Shown one piece after another: positions 1 through 12,479 of a stretch of DNA of 64,000 nt. This DNA is from Octopus sinensis (lineage: Eukaryota). The stretch is taken from contig NC_043003.1 of the NCBI RefSeq assembly GCF_006345805.1, forward strand, positions 61,380,001-61,444,000. Direction: 5' to 3'. The position numbers were made by a program, and so were the translations under genes. The notes under the pieces were generated by a model. That model was not told the DNA's origin and did no database searches. It saw nothing but the letters and a program-made list of their open reading frames with translations. Every line of letters starts with the position of its first letter. Positions within the stretch are counted from its first letter, which is position 1.

Positions 1-77
1 GGAGAAGAATAGTTTATCCCGTTTGCTTCCAACAACGCCGAGTACTTTCAATTTTTAATTTTCAGTTTTATTTTCAA

Positions 78-465
78 GGCGGCGAGCTGGCGGAAACGTT
101 AGCAAGCCGGGCGAAATGCTGAGCGGTATTTCGTCTGCCGTTACGTTCTGAGTTCAAATTCCACCGAGGTCGACTTTCCCTTTCATCCTTTCGGGGTCGA
201 TAAATTAAGTACCAGTTACGCACTGGGGTCGATGTAATCGACTTAATACCTTTGTCTATCCTTGTTTGTCCCGTCTATGTTTAGACCCTTGTGGGCAATA
301 AAGAAATAGGTATTTCGCCTGTCTTTGCGTTCTGAGCTCAAATTCTGCTGAGGTCGACTTTGCCTTTCGGGGTCGATAAATTAAGCACCAGTTGCGTACT
401 GGGATCGATCTAATCGACTGGCCCCACTCCCTAAAAATTTCGGACCTTGTGCCTAGAGTAGGAAA
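78..465 (+). mobile_element. Family A tRNA-derived SINE (Nin-type central domain), full unit followed by a headless second unit
   Basis: Head GGCGGCGAGCTGGCGGAAACGTTAG, B-box GAGTTCAAATTCC, central GTCGACTTTCCCTTTCATCCTTTCGGGGTCGATAAATTAAGTACCAG resembling the Nin SINE domain; >15 related copies in window; junction AAGAAATAG|GTATTTCG at ~303-315. Confidence 0.85.
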
Positions 466-640
466 TAATATAAATGTATTCACCACTCAAATCTACATTA
501 ACCATCAATAAAATTATACGAAGGGCTGTTATGTTTTTTGACATTAAATTGCACAAACTAGTCTATGTCTTTATTTCATTGTTTGGGGCTTAATTCTTGC
601 TGGATTTGACACTGCCTAACGGTTTGCTTGCTCTCTTATT

Positions 641-714
641 CTCTCTCTCTCTCTCTCTCTCTCTCCCTCTCTTCTCTCTCTCCTCTCTCTCTCTCCTCTC
701 TTCTCTCTCTCTCC

Positions 715-752
<38 letters not shown>

Positions 753-757
753 CTCTC

Positions 758-795
<38 letters not shown>

Positions 796-796
796 G
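641..796. repeat. (CT)n microsatellite
   Basis: Direct inspection; explains ORFs 590..823, 597..827, 628..840. Confidence 0.97.
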
Positions 797-976
797 ATCC
801 CCCCTTTGGTCTCTATTTTTCAATTAAATATACAGCATAGCTCGATACAGAGGCGGGCAAAAATAGTTATACAATTGCTTAATATGAGTGCAATGTTCTT
901 TTCATTTCTCTGTTTCATTTAAACCTAAGCTATTCGTAGCTCAACTATGCAACTGTACACCTTGTGTCCAGCACTG

Positions 977-977
<1 letters not shown>

Positions 978-1063
<86 letters not shown>

Positions 1064-1130
1064 TGTGTGCGTGTGTATGTATGTATGTATGTATGTATGT
1101 ATGTATGTATGTATGTATGTATGTATGTAT
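978..1130. repeat. Compound (TA)n-(TG)n-(TATG)n microsatellite
   Basis: Direct inspection. Confidence 0.95.
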
Positions 1131-1499
1131 GTTGATATAATTATGAAGAAATAATTAAGTTTTCTCTGGATAGTTTGTGCCATTTCCGTCGACTCTTGAA
1201 TGTTTCATGCTGCTAACGATAGGAAAATTCACAGGAGTTTCTGTAACCATGAAGATTTTCAATTTGATTAATCTCAGAATTATGATAATCCTCAACGAGC
1301 TGCAAATGGCTTACTTTAGATAAAAGCAATTCCGTGTGGTTTCAATCGACTTTATAAGCTGTAAGATCCATGAGAGAATTTGACTGTTAATGTACGATAA
1401 TATAAAGTAAGTGGCAGCGAATCGTAGGTTCATAGTGTCGGTTACACGGTCACCATAGCATATAAGTGAGTTAGATCATAACGTTCACCACACCTCACG

Positions 1500-1660
1500 G
1501 AACGGGATGCCAGCTCGTCGCAAGTATATTCATTTACAGCTGAGTTGACTGGAGCAACTTGAAATGAAGTGTTTCGCTCAAGAACTCGACGCTCCGCCCT
1601 GTCCGAGAATCGAAATCGCGATCTTGCAATCGTGAATACAACACCCTAACCACTAAGCTT
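1500..1660 (-). mobile_element. Family D SINE (CORE/V-like central domain), degenerate
   Basis: Reverse complement matches the 11583-11841 copy (GTTCTTGAGCGAAACACTTCATTTCAAGTTGCTCCAGTCAACTCAGCTG). Confidence 0.7.
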
Positions 1661-3329
1661 TCACATTAATATAATACTCAGTATTTAAAGAATTCTACTG
1701 CTGTTAACATTTTTAAAACAATATTCCTTGGGTATGTTTGTATCTGTCACAAACATATCACAACGCTTTTGATAAGATATAGACAGGCGATCACCCAGAA
1801 GCAAGCCTGTGATATAAAATTTGTCACGTGATATTCCGATGTCCTACAGATATAGATTACTCACAAATTATCTCTAGTATCATATCTAGCTGACTTGTTT
1901 GAACAGAACCTCAATTCCTAATGGCCAAGAAACTCAATCTGATAATCATTGAAAAAATTTCTCCATCACGGGGACAACGTTAGTGTGAGAAATAAATATT
2001 TATTATGAGGTCAACGAATGCCAAACAAGAAATGGTGATAATAATGATCTTATTATGCCAATAGGAAAAGTAAATTCAAGAACCATTGGAATAATAAAAC
2101 GAGTCAAAGACCGAAGTATTCTAGAGGAATATAAATTATAATCCCAATAAAATCCACGTCCGTAAATTTAGGTGAACGATTTTTCCAGAGCCTTCACATT
2201 TACAGCAATTAATAGAATATAAATACGGTAGATAATGATATGTTATAGTGTATTTAGTACGGAGAACATTCCTCTGATAGATTTTCGCTTGGTCATATTG
2301 TTGATAGTTATAATTGGTGTAATTTTGTTCACTCTGTTTCTACATATGTCTCCAACTGAACAGAATATATTTCGCTGAGGAAGTCAGTAATATCGAAACA
2401 GTAATGTGGAAATATTATCTACCCTAGTTAGCTTTAAGAACTAAATCTTCTCAAATCGGCATTTTCTATGCTGACCAAAATTTTACTTCAACTCAGCTTA
2501 TTGAAGTTTCCTCGTTTACCTGTTCTGGAGTTGTTTTCCTTTTTTTACCGATATTAAACACACCTGGGAGTTTTTCTCCGTTAGTCGCTTGGATAATTGA
2601 TCGAAGTTCTTTTATTCGCTATATTGCATATGTGACATCTTACAGCAATTGATAAAAAAAAATAATGTGTTGTTAACATGATATGAAATCTAAAGAGTTT
2701 GAATTCAATTTCAGGCTTTCACGAATGCTAGTCTCTTGTTGAAATTGTTCTTATTGTTGAAAATGCATGGTATGAATCTCGTGACACATATGTTGTACGA
2801 TGGGTACTGAAAAGAAGCAAAAACTCTACAGAGAACAGTGAACATAGTAAAAACTGATTAGCAATTAGCTCGAATACTACCGAAGTTTTCCCCACCGGTT
2901 TCTTCTTCGGAGAATGCTGATGACCAAAAGAAAATAATAACAATAATAATAAATAATAAACAAGAGATTAGAAACAAGGAAACATACTCTAATTTAAAAT
3001 TTATTTATTTCCAACAAGGCACAAATCCGTATACGTACAGGTGGAATATAAAGGAACATTGTGTATTCCCGCTCAATTTTAAATTTGCCTAATTTTAATT
3101 CCATGCTTGGTAGAATCAATACATAGTACAGCTATATATTAATGATAGAATCAATTTATGAAATAAATAAAAGAATTTACTACGTTTTTCAATAAATTCA
3201 GATTTCTAAATTCAAATGTCCTCTGTTATTATATACACAAACCGTAATACAATTCCGACGTTCTCTGGCTTTCACTCAGGCGGCGCAGGTCCGATTCCCG
3301 ACATAGCATCATGTTATTAAGCGTATATA

Positions 3330-3705
3330 TGACTGTGTGGTTAAAAAAAGGTCACTTTGCAACTTTGCAATTCTACTGCACAGCGCCTTCGACCCTAACC
3401 CTAACCCTACAGCTCCTGCGACTAGTGTCTTGTGAGTGAATTTAGCAAGCGGAAACCGTGTGGAAGCCTATCGTATATATATATATATATGTGGGGGGGT
3501 ATGTGCGCGTCCATGTGTGTGTGTGTTAATGTTTGTCTTCGTCCCACCCCTTGACATTGTTACCAAGCTGTTCGGCAAAGGGACTCCATAGAATAAGTTC
3601 TAGATTTTTAAAATAAGTAATGACGTCCATTTGTTTGACTAAATCCTTCAAAGCGTTGCTACAGCATTGCCACAATTCAATAACTGAAACAAGTAAAAGA
3701 ATAAA
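3330..3705 (+). mobile_element. Family B SINE, degenerate
   Basis: TGTGTGGTTAAA head, TTGTGAGTGAATTT...GGAAAC middle, internal TA/TG microsatellite, ACTGAAACAAGTAAAAG tail. Confidence 0.7.
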
Positions 3706-3811
3706 AGAAATTCAAAAATATAAAGAGTAAACCACGCGCACATACACACACACACACACACACCACACACACACACACACACACAGAGTAAAACATAGGT
3801 ACATCATGTCT

Positions 3812-4189
3812 GTGGAGGCGCAATGGCCCAGTGTTTAGGGTAGCGGACTCGCGGACGTAGGATAGTGGTTTCGATTCCCAGGCCGGGCGTTGTGAGTGTT
3901 TATTGAGCGAAAACATCTAAAGCTCCACGAAGCTCCGGCTGGTGGAGGGCGAACCATGCTGTACTCTTTCACCACAACTTTCTCTCACTCTTTCTTCCTG
4001 TTTCTGTTGTACCTGTATTTGGAAGGGCCAGCTCTGTCACACACTGTGTCACGCTGAATCTCCCCGAGAACTACATTAAGGGTACACGTGTCTGTGGAAT
4101 GCTCAGCCATTTGCACGTCAATTTCACGAGCAGGCTGTTCCGTTGATCGGATCGACTGGAACCCTCGTCGTCGTAACCGACGGAGTGCC
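3812..4189 (+). mobile_element. Family C tRNA-derived SINE, full length with TSD
   Basis: tRNA-like head GGCGCAATGGCCCAGTGTTTAGG...GTTTCGATTCC; flanked by ACATCATGTCT (3801-3811) / ACATCGTGTCT (4190-4200); tail fragment recurs at ~33310-33440. Confidence 0.85.
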
Positions 4190-4696
4190 ACATCGTGTCT
4201 AATATGTGAACTGACAGAATGAAACAAAAAAATAAGTTGTGAGTGAAACTAGTCAGTCACTGTGAAAATAAACAGAGAAACAGATTAACTAAAATACAGA
4301 AAATATTTATGTCAATGTTATTAGAAAATATGACATTTTACAACGCTTAGAACAAATGTTGGTGGGAGAGAATTTAATTGAAAGCAGATTCAATATTAGG
4401 ATAACTTTCTTTGGCATTCTGTCCAAAAGTTCTTTGTATTGTTGGCTTAACATTGTTCTAGTGAGATGAGACATCATTTCCTTGTTGAAGAACGATGAAC
4501 ATGAGAAATTGGTACAACGTCGGAATAAAATGTCTCGCTGTGTTTAGTTACGCTTCTCTGCGTTTCGAGATCGAATCTTGCCGAAGTTAGTCTTTTAAAT
4601 GGCCAATAAAATAAAGTCAAAAAGAAGGGGGCATATAATCGATTATATGGTTCCCTTCTTTCACATTTATATAGCGTTGTGCTATTGTTAGAGACC

Positions 4697-5135
4697 AATA
4701 TTGGTTTCAAATTTTGGCACAAGGCCAGGAATTTGGAGTGAGGTAGTACTAGTTGATTACACTGACTCCAGTGTTCAACTGATACTTAATGTATCGAACC
4801 CTGAAAGGATGAAAGGCGAATTCGACCTCAACGGAATTTGAACCCAGAACGTGCAGACAGACGAAATGCCGCTATGCATTTTGCCCGGCGTGTTAACGAT
4901 TCTTATTTCTTTACTACCCACAAGGGGCTAAACACAGAGTGGACAAACAAGGACAGACAAACGGATTAAGTCGATTATATCGATCCTAGTGCGTAACTGG
5001 TACTTATTTAATCGATTCCGAAAGGATGAAAAGCAAAGTCGACCTCGGCGGAATTTGAACTCACAACGTAACGGCAGACGAAATACGGCTACGCATTTCG
5101 CCCGGCGTGCTAACGTTTCTGCCAGCTCACCACCT
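4697..5135 (-). mobile_element. Family A SINE dimer
   Basis: Reverse complement of two consecutive family A units joined tail-to-partial-head (AAGAAATAAG|AATCGTTAAC). Confidence 0.85.
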
Positions 5136-5607
5136 TTGTTAGAAATCAATATTAACAGAAGTATGAGGGCGATAGATCGGCATAACTTGTAGATCAGAAA
5201 ACCATGTAGTACTCGATTAGGTCCCTTTGCGTTCTAATTTCAAATTTCGCCGAAAGCAATACTCCCTTTCGCTCCTTTAAGGTAGATAAATTAAATCCTA
5301 GTCAACTGGAACTGTTGACTAAGGTGGATACAACTGTTCCATCCACCAAAATTTCAAGCCATGTGTCTAATAACAATATTAACCAATATTAACTAATATT
5401 GGTTTCAAATTTTAGCACAAGGCCAACAATTTCAAGGAAGTGAGTAAGTCGATTACATCGACCCAAGCATTTAACTGGTACTTATTTTATCGACTCCAAA
5501 AGGTTGAAAGGCGAAATCGACCTTGGCGGAATTGGAACTCAGAACATAAATATTATTAAAGTCAACATAATCAAATATATATATTTGAAATAACGTGTCT
5601 ATGGTCG

Positions 5608-5940
5608 CAGGCATGACTGTAGTTAAGAAGTTTGTTTTATAAACACTACGCGGCACCTTGAGCAAGTGTCTTCCACTATAGCCCCAGGCCGACCAATGCC
5701 TTGTGAGTGAATATGGTAGACGGAAACTGTGTGGAAACCCGTCGTGCATATATATGTGGGTGGGGGTTGTGTCTGTATAGTATCCTACAACACGTGACAA
5801 CTAGTGTTGATATATGACCATGTAACTTAGCGATTCAATAAAAGAGACTGATAGTACCAGAGTCGATTCATAAGTACTTGAATCCCTTCAGGGTGGTGCT
5901 CCAGCATGGTCACAACCCAATGAGTGAAACAAGTAAAAAT
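5608..5940 (+). mobile_element. Family B SINE, degenerate
   Basis: GCAGGCATGACTGTAG head, GGCACCTTGAGCAAGTGTCTTCC, GGTGGTGCTCCAGCATGGTCAC...GAAACAAGTAAA tail. Confidence 0.75.
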
Positions 5941-6554
5941 AGACGATGATATATAACTTTCCCTCTGCCCCGTAAAAATCTGTATAAAAACAGAATTGTA
6001 AAAACAGAAATACCACGTTTTGGAACACGTCAGAAGCAAAGATTTTTTTTACATGATTCCTATACATTAGGCACTTGTAACTTAGAGAGAATAACGCTGA
6101 AAAGCGGAGAAAATATGCGGTTACAGAATTAAAGATGATATACTAAATCAAATATTTTATATGGATGACTTGAAATTGTTTGTGAAACCAAGAAAGTGTG
6201 TTATTTTTCCTGACAATTTGAGTGCTCGGCAAAAATATAAGGATGGAAATGACGATAGAAAGTATACCATAACTCTATATACATATATATGTAAAAAATA
6301 ATAATAATAATAATACGTTAAAATAGACAAGAACAAATTATCTTTATTACAAGGAAATGGATGAGGCATTAAAGAAGCTCGGAAACCTGGAAATAGAAAT
6401 ATTTTAAGGTAGACCAGGTACAATATAAAGTGATTAAACAGTAAATCAAGAAATTAAAAGAGGATGTATAATGAACGAATCTAGTGCCAAGCAGCGAGAT
6501 TTATACAAATAACATAAAGACCCCTCATTGTAATGTCAATATTGTTTGTGAGGT

Positions 6555-7185
6555 AAGGCGATGAGCTGGCAGAACCGTTAGCACCCCGGGCGAAATGCGT
6601 AGCCGTATTTCGTCTGCCGTTACGTTCTGAGTTCAAATTCCGCCGAGGTCGACTTTGCCTTTCATCCTTTCGGGGTCAATAAATTAAGTACCAGTTACGC
6701 ACTGGGGTCAATGTAATCGACTTAATCCGTTTGTGTGTCCTTGTTTGTTCCCTTTATGTTAGCCCCTTGTGGGCAATAAAGAAATAAGGAACGTTAGGAA
6801 GCCGGGCGAAATGCTTAGCTGTATTTCGTCTGCCACTACGTTCTGAGTTCAAATTCCGTTGAGGTCGACTTTGCCTTTCATCCTTTCGGGGTCGATTAAA
6901 TAAGTACCAGTTACGCACTGGGGTCGATATAATCGACTTAATCCGTTTGTCTGTCCTTGTTCGTCCCCTCTATGTTTTGCCCCTTGTGGGAAGTAAAGAA
7001 ATAGGTATTTCATCTGTCTGCACGTTCTGAGTTCAAATTCCACCTAGGTCGGCTTTGCCTTTCATCTTTTTGGGGTCGATAAGTTAAGTACCAGTTGCGT
7101 ACTGGAGTCGATCTAATCAACTGACCCCCTCCTCAAAAATTTCGGGCCTTGTGATTTCGGGCTTTGTGCCTAGAGTAGGAAAAAA
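6555..7185 (+). mobile_element. Family A SINE trimer
   Basis: Three consecutive units (about 6555-6788, 6789-7005, 7006-7185); second and third lack part of the tRNA head. Confidence 0.88.
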
Positions 7186-7402
7186 TTTTGTTTGAAGTCA
7201 TACAGCTATATGCTGTGCAGATGACGTTTCCGTCAAGAGTCAGTAATATTTTTATATTGAGGCACAGAACCAAGACTCAAAAGATATCAATTAAAAGTGC
7301 AGATAGAATGTCTGATTTTATATACAGAATTTTAATGCCTAGCTGCAAACATTTTTTTCAGAAGAAACTAATAATGCAGGGGTTAATATTATATGTAGAC
7401 CA

Positions 7403-7720
7403 TAGGGCGGTGAGCTGGCACATTCGTTATCATTATCATCATCATCATCATCATCATCATCACCATAATCATCACCATCATCGTCATCATCAACATTTAA
7501 CGTCTGTTTTCCATGCTGGCATGGATTGGACAAACGCCGAGCAAAATGCTTAATGATATTTCGTCCGTCTTTTCGTTCGAAATTCAAATTCCAGCAACCT
7601 GCTTTTCATCTTTTCGGAATCAATAAAAAAAAAAAGTACCAGTTAAGTGCCGGGGTCGATGTAATTGACTTCCACCACTCTCACCATCTTGCTGACCTCG
7701 TACCAAAATCTGAAACCAAT
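7403..7720 (+). mobile_element. Family A SINE interrupted by (CAT)n plus a short tail fragment of another retroposon
   Basis: Head GGCGGTGAGCTGGCA at ~7407, (CAT)n 7430-7495, TTTAACGTCTGTTTTCCATGCTGGCATGG (same motif as 63795-63830), then family A body resumes. Confidence 0.65.
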
Positions 7721-7849
7721 ATTATATGCAGACTATGCAATTGGCATAATGAAACAACTGTCCCATCATTTCTAGCAGTCCAATCCTTCCTTTCAAAGCT
7801 GCAAACGCGCATGAACACGATTAAATCAGCATCTATTTTCATTAAGTGA

Positions 7850-8090
7850 AAGCGTGTGGCCTTATAGATTAGGACGTTGCTCTCACGATCGCAAGATCGT
7901 CGTTTCAATCCCGGGCTGCATATTTTGTTCTTGAGCAAAACACTTTAATTCGCATTGTTCCCAACCACTCAGCTGCAAATGTGTAAGGCTGCGACAGACT
8001 GATACCCCGTTCAGGGAAAATGTGCCCTCGGTCACTTATAAATGCTTTGGAAACTGGGTAAGCGGTTCTATAAGTCATAGGCTTTGAGCC
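7850..8090 (+). mobile_element. Family D SINE, degenerate
   Basis: GCGTGTGGCCTTATAGATTAGG head, GTTTCAATCCC, GTTCTTGAGCAAAACACTT central domain. Confidence 0.7.
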
Positions 8091-8349
8091 AGAAGTGTTC
8101 AGGGCTTGATGGTAAAGATGATGGGGACGAGAAGGAGGATTTCACTGAGCAACATACTGACACTTCAACATGAAAACGATTAAGAAGTGGTGTAACCTAA
8201 TATAAAATACTGTAGAATGGTAACGATCTGGCCACGATTATCTGCGATTCACCTGTCCAGGTTGATTACGAGGTCAAAGTAAAACAGATATTCTGGTTTA
8301 GTTGGTATTTTACGTCGCCGGCCGACGGTATTGCAGTAACATCTGCTTA

Positions 8350-8576
8350 AAGGCGGCGAGCTGGCAGAAACGTTAGCACGCCGGGCAAAATACTTAGCGG
8401 TATTTCGTCTGCCGTTACATTCTGAGTTCAAATTCCGCCGAGGTCAACTTTGCCTTTCATCCTTTCGGGATCGATAAATTAAGCACCAGTTACGCACTGG
8501 GGTCGACTTAATTCCTTTGTCTGTCCTTGTTTGTCCCCTCTATGTTTAGCCCGTTGTGGGCAATAAAAAAATAAGA
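8350..8576 (+). mobile_element. Family A SINE monomer, young
   Basis: Near-consensus copy, CpGs retained, A-rich tail. Confidence 0.88.
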
Positions 8577-9498
8577 AATTTCACTTCTGCTGTGTCTGGG
8601 CTGCTTCCAGAAGCAACTACCTGACCTCAAGTATATACCACTTTTCCACTCGTGGATACAATACACAGGAAAGACAAGTCAATATGTTCACTGCATCCGT
8701 GGAGCCCAAGAGAATATCAGATACTGGTTAAATATAACCGTACATAAATGCTTTAGGGTTCCTTCCTCCGGATTTTCTCTAAGGCTTTACTACCTTAATC
8801 TTTTTAAGATACTCTACAAATTATCCCCACAAGACAGCAGGGTTTTATTATTATAGTGGTGATGGTTTGTGCAGATCCAGTCCTAATCTTTCGTCCTTGA
8901 AACTTGAATTAGTTTGATACAACAAGCATCACGATTCCAGTAGTTATCAGGACTTGGAATCTGAATGAAGTTACCTTCTCTTGCATGAGAATCAAAAAAT
9001 CTGAAGCGCTGCATCTGACCTGGGATGACTGTAAGTGACCTTCTTCCAAAAGCAATTCTGTGATATGCTAATTAATCACTATTGGAAACCCTGACAGTTG
9101 CTTCTTCTCCTGGTCAGAATAGACCTGGGAACATCGTGGCTCACCGGTGTTTCCACACTCTTCAAAACTCAGGAATTCCTGAACCAAGGCCCCACTACCG
9201 GTTGTGGTTTAAAGTCATACACAGGACGTAATTGTTAAGTACTTGAACAAAAATCTGTTCTCTGGATTGGCATTTCAACCCTTCTGGCCAATAATGTTGC
9301 ACGGAAGGAGGTGGAGAAACTGCCATAGCAGAAATATATTGAACCTAAAACAAACTGGCTGTGGGGTCTGAAAGCACAAATATTACCTGTAATGATTAAG
9401 TCACAGGTATGATAAAGAAGAGCATGCACATAAATATAAAAATCATGCCAGGTCTCAAAACCCCAGAAATAACTCTGCTCGGTGCAAACCGCATTCTA

Positions 9499-10044
9499 TC
9501 GGGTTGTTCGGAAAGTTCGTGCACATTTATAGTAGTTTAACTTTCGACTTATTTTAGAACATGGTTGAGTCCATAAAATAGGATTTGGCTACACCTCCAT
9601 TTAGAGCACAGTTTAAGCTATCTTTTCGTGGAAGAAGGTTTATGTTCCTATAACCTGTGTTAATTCTGTAACCATTTAAAATGGAAGATAAGAAAGTTCA
9701 TTTTCGGCACTTGATGCTTTGGGAACCAGACAAAAATTGCTGCAGCTCGGCTGGGATGTGTTACCCCACCCTCCATATTCACCAGATATTGCTCCTTCGG
9801 ATTTCCACTTATTCAGGTCTCTGCAGAATAGTCTTAACGGTAAAAATTTCAATTCCTTGGATAACGTAAAAAGATGCCTTGATGAATTCTTTGCCATGAA
9901 ACCACCTCAATTCTGGAAAGAGGGTATTTTCAAGTTAAAGGAAGGATGGAGACGCATATTTGGTTGATTAAAAATGTAATGGCAAGTATTTATTGACCTT
10001 TTACTTTCCTTTAAAAATCGGCATGAACTTTACGGACAACCCAA
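9499..10044 (+). mobile_element. Internally deleted mariner (non-autonomous, 546 bp)
   Basis: ~29-bp imperfect TIRs (TCGGGTTGTTCGGAAAGTTCGTGCACATT / rc TTGGGTTGTCCGTAAAGTTCATGCCGATT), TA on both flanks; N-terminal MEDKKVHFRHLMLWE fused to C-terminal LGWDVLPHPPYSPDIAPSDFHLF (mariner YSPDLAP motif). Confidence 0.92.
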
Positions 10045-10049
10045 TATAT

Positions 10050-10450
10050 AGGATATGACTGAGGGATTAAGAAGTTCACTTTGCAACCACGTGATTCCAG
10101 GTTCAGTGCCACTGCGCGGCACCGGGGGCAAATGTCTTCTACTATAGCATCGAGCTGACAAATACTTTGTGCATGAATTTAGTAGATAGAAACTGTGTGG
10201 AAGCCCGACATTTACATATGTGTGTGCTTCTGTGTATGTGTATGTGCGTGTGCCTTTGTGTTTGTCCCCTAGCACCACTTCACAACTGGTGTTTGTTTAC
10301 GCCCCCGTAACTTAGTGGTTCGGCAAAACTAACCGACAGAATAAGTACCAAACTTTTAAAAAATAAGTACACGATTCAATTTGATCGACTGAGCCCTTCA
10401 AGGTTGTGTCCTAGCATGGCCGCAGTCCGATGACTGAAACAAGTAGAAAA
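10050..10450 (+). mobile_element. Family B SINE
   Basis: Head-middle-tail match to other B copies; ends GCATGGCCGCAGTCCGATGACTGAAACAAGTA. Confidence 0.8.
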
Positions 10451-11524
10451 AGAAAGAGTATATTAATTATACTTTGGACTCAATGTACAGATTTTTATTT
10501 ATATTAAGTTCGACACATCAGTCGTATTCTTTCCGAATTGTATTCTTCAATTATATATCTTTGGGGTTTTGGTTTTGATCGAATCAGTTTCATCTCCTTC
10601 GAAGTATCTAAGTGTTTGTATACTTGGTTCTGTTATATAAATTTTTTTCTGATTTTAGCGACCGAATCTTATTTAATGTCATAAGCTTCTATTAACTTCG
10701 GTACTATATAGCGTATAACTTTATTATGCTTATTTTGATATCCAAGCTGCATCTATACAAAAAGAATTTTAGGAGATTCTCCAACTGGGCTCTTACGCTT
10801 GCAAATAATCTTAAATTACCCATTTCGAGAAGATTGTATAAAATATATGTCTATAATTTATAACTGCTAGTGGTTTTATTCGATAAATATTCAAATGGAG
10901 AGAAAGCTAAGTAAACGAATAGAAGTGATAAAGATTCTCCCTGAAAGATTCTTATTTTTATTCTTATAAAGCTGGTTTTGGACATCTTTTTGCAAAGCAA
11001 CGAAATAGAATTTGCCATTCTAACAGGACAGCGAATGCCTTATTTATTATGTAAATTCAACAGTGCCTATGAGTATGGTGTTATCAAATGCATTTCAATA
11101 ATAAATCTATGTCATGGTTACATTTCTCGTCTCTCTTCTTGCTAGGCTTAATAATTATCCCAGTCACCAATGGCCGTTCTTTACAATCCTACATTCATTT
11201 CTCTTCCTTTGATAAGATATTATTACTTTCCAGGCGAACAGCCGAGCTATCACAGAGTATAGCTGTGAGAGCTTTGTGTGTTATTGGTAAACAATTTATT
11301 AGTCTGCACTTTGGGAGCCTCGAATATTTTTGCTTTTGAAAATTAATATCATTTTCCCCTCAAGTAACCTGTTAAGAGTTGATGCTGACCAGTTTAGTAA
11401 TTCATTAAATGCCGTTGCTATAGCATTCAGTGTTGTTGTCAATTCATGGTGCCTTCCATTTGCTTGCTGACTTTATCGTGTTGGTGATTTATGCTGTATT
11501 TGCCGTGTCACTGAATTAATTATC

Positions 11525-11525
<1 letters not shown>

Positions 11526-11573
<48 letters not shown>

Positions 11574-11582
11574 TAATAATAA
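11526..11582. repeat. (AAT)n microsatellite
   Basis: Direct inspection. Confidence 0.95.
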
Positions 11583-11841
11583 TGTGGAGGCGCGTGGCTT
11601 AGCGGTTAGGGTGTCAGCATCATGATCGTAAGATTGTGGTTTCGATTCCTGGACCGGGCGGCGCGTTGTGTTCTTGAGCAAAACACTTCATTTCACGTTG
11701 CTTCAGTCCACTCAGATGGCAGAAATGAGTAACGCTGCAATGGATTAGCGTCCCGTCCAGCTGGGGAACACATACGCCATAGTAGCCGGGAAACCGGGCC
11801 CATGAGCCTGGCTAGGCTTTAAAAGGGCGCATTTATTTTTT
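11583..11841 (+). mobile_element. Family D tRNA-derived SINE, full length, inserted in (AAT)n
   Basis: A-box TGGCTTAGCGG, B-box GTTTCGATTCC, central GTTCTTGAGCAAAACACTTCATTTCACGTTGC; (AAT)n on both sides. Confidence 0.85.
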
Positions 11842-11864
11842 AATAATAATAATAATAATACAAT

Positions 11865-12210
11865 GCTTGGAAGCCTGATAAATTGATGCTCGGAGACTAG
11901 ATATTGTTGCTGTCGATAAAGGAAAAAAGGAAACCAAGATTATAAATATTGCAATACCAGGGGATGCATACATAAGTGGCAAAAACCAGAAAAGATTGAA
12001 AAGTACGGACTACTGAAAGATAAAATTTTAAGAATGTGGACTATGGGGAGAGTGTCTGTCATTCCAGTAGTTGTAGGGGTACTCGGAGCACTAACAACCA
12101 AGTTTGAGAAATATGTCAGAGAAATCGGAATTGACATGAGAGCAAAGCAAGCCCCCAAAACACTGCTCTGTTGGGGAAAGCTAGGATTTTGAGATTGGTA
12201 TTTGGATGTT
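11865..12210 (+). pseudogene. R4/Dong-clade LINE 3' fragment (restriction-like endonuclease domain)
   Basis: Broken frames read ARRLDIVAVDK...IAIPGD...KIEKYGLLK...WTMGRVSVIPVVVGVLGAL...ARILRLV; homologous to 13750-14060. Confidence 0.8.
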
Positions 12211-12479
12211 GAATGTCTTCCACAATAATTAACAACTAAGTAGCAAAGTTTATAATGTGCGGAAAGAGACTCTGCAAGACCTCTCACAAAAGCCTGCTGT
12301 CTGCTCTCACAGAGCCAACCAGAACAAACAAGACCGAAAGCTTTGAGAAGTAAAACGATAATAAACAAAAAAACATGCTGTATACACCTTACCAGCACGA
12401 AAGTGCAGCAAGTGATGCAATAGAAAGTTACTTGAAACTATCAGATGTCGAATAATGATAGTGATGATAACGATGGTGA

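Noticed and set aside
1780-2430. Possible Penelope GIY-YIG relic with CTGAGGA...GAAAC at ~2375-2400
   Set aside because: Protein similarity is too degenerate and stems I and II do not pair.
3812-3890. tRNA gene calls for SINE heads (also 11583, 38430-38500)
   Set aside because: They have A/B boxes but no complete cloverleaf or terminator, and they continue into SINE bodies.
8580-9480. Non-repetitive, moderately GC-rich stretch as a host exon or LINE relic
   Set aside because: The frames I translated by hand contain frequent stops and no recognisable motif; needs BLASTX.
11940-12398. 152-aa minus-strand ORF
   Set aside because: It is antisense to the R4/Dong REL fragment; shadow ORF.
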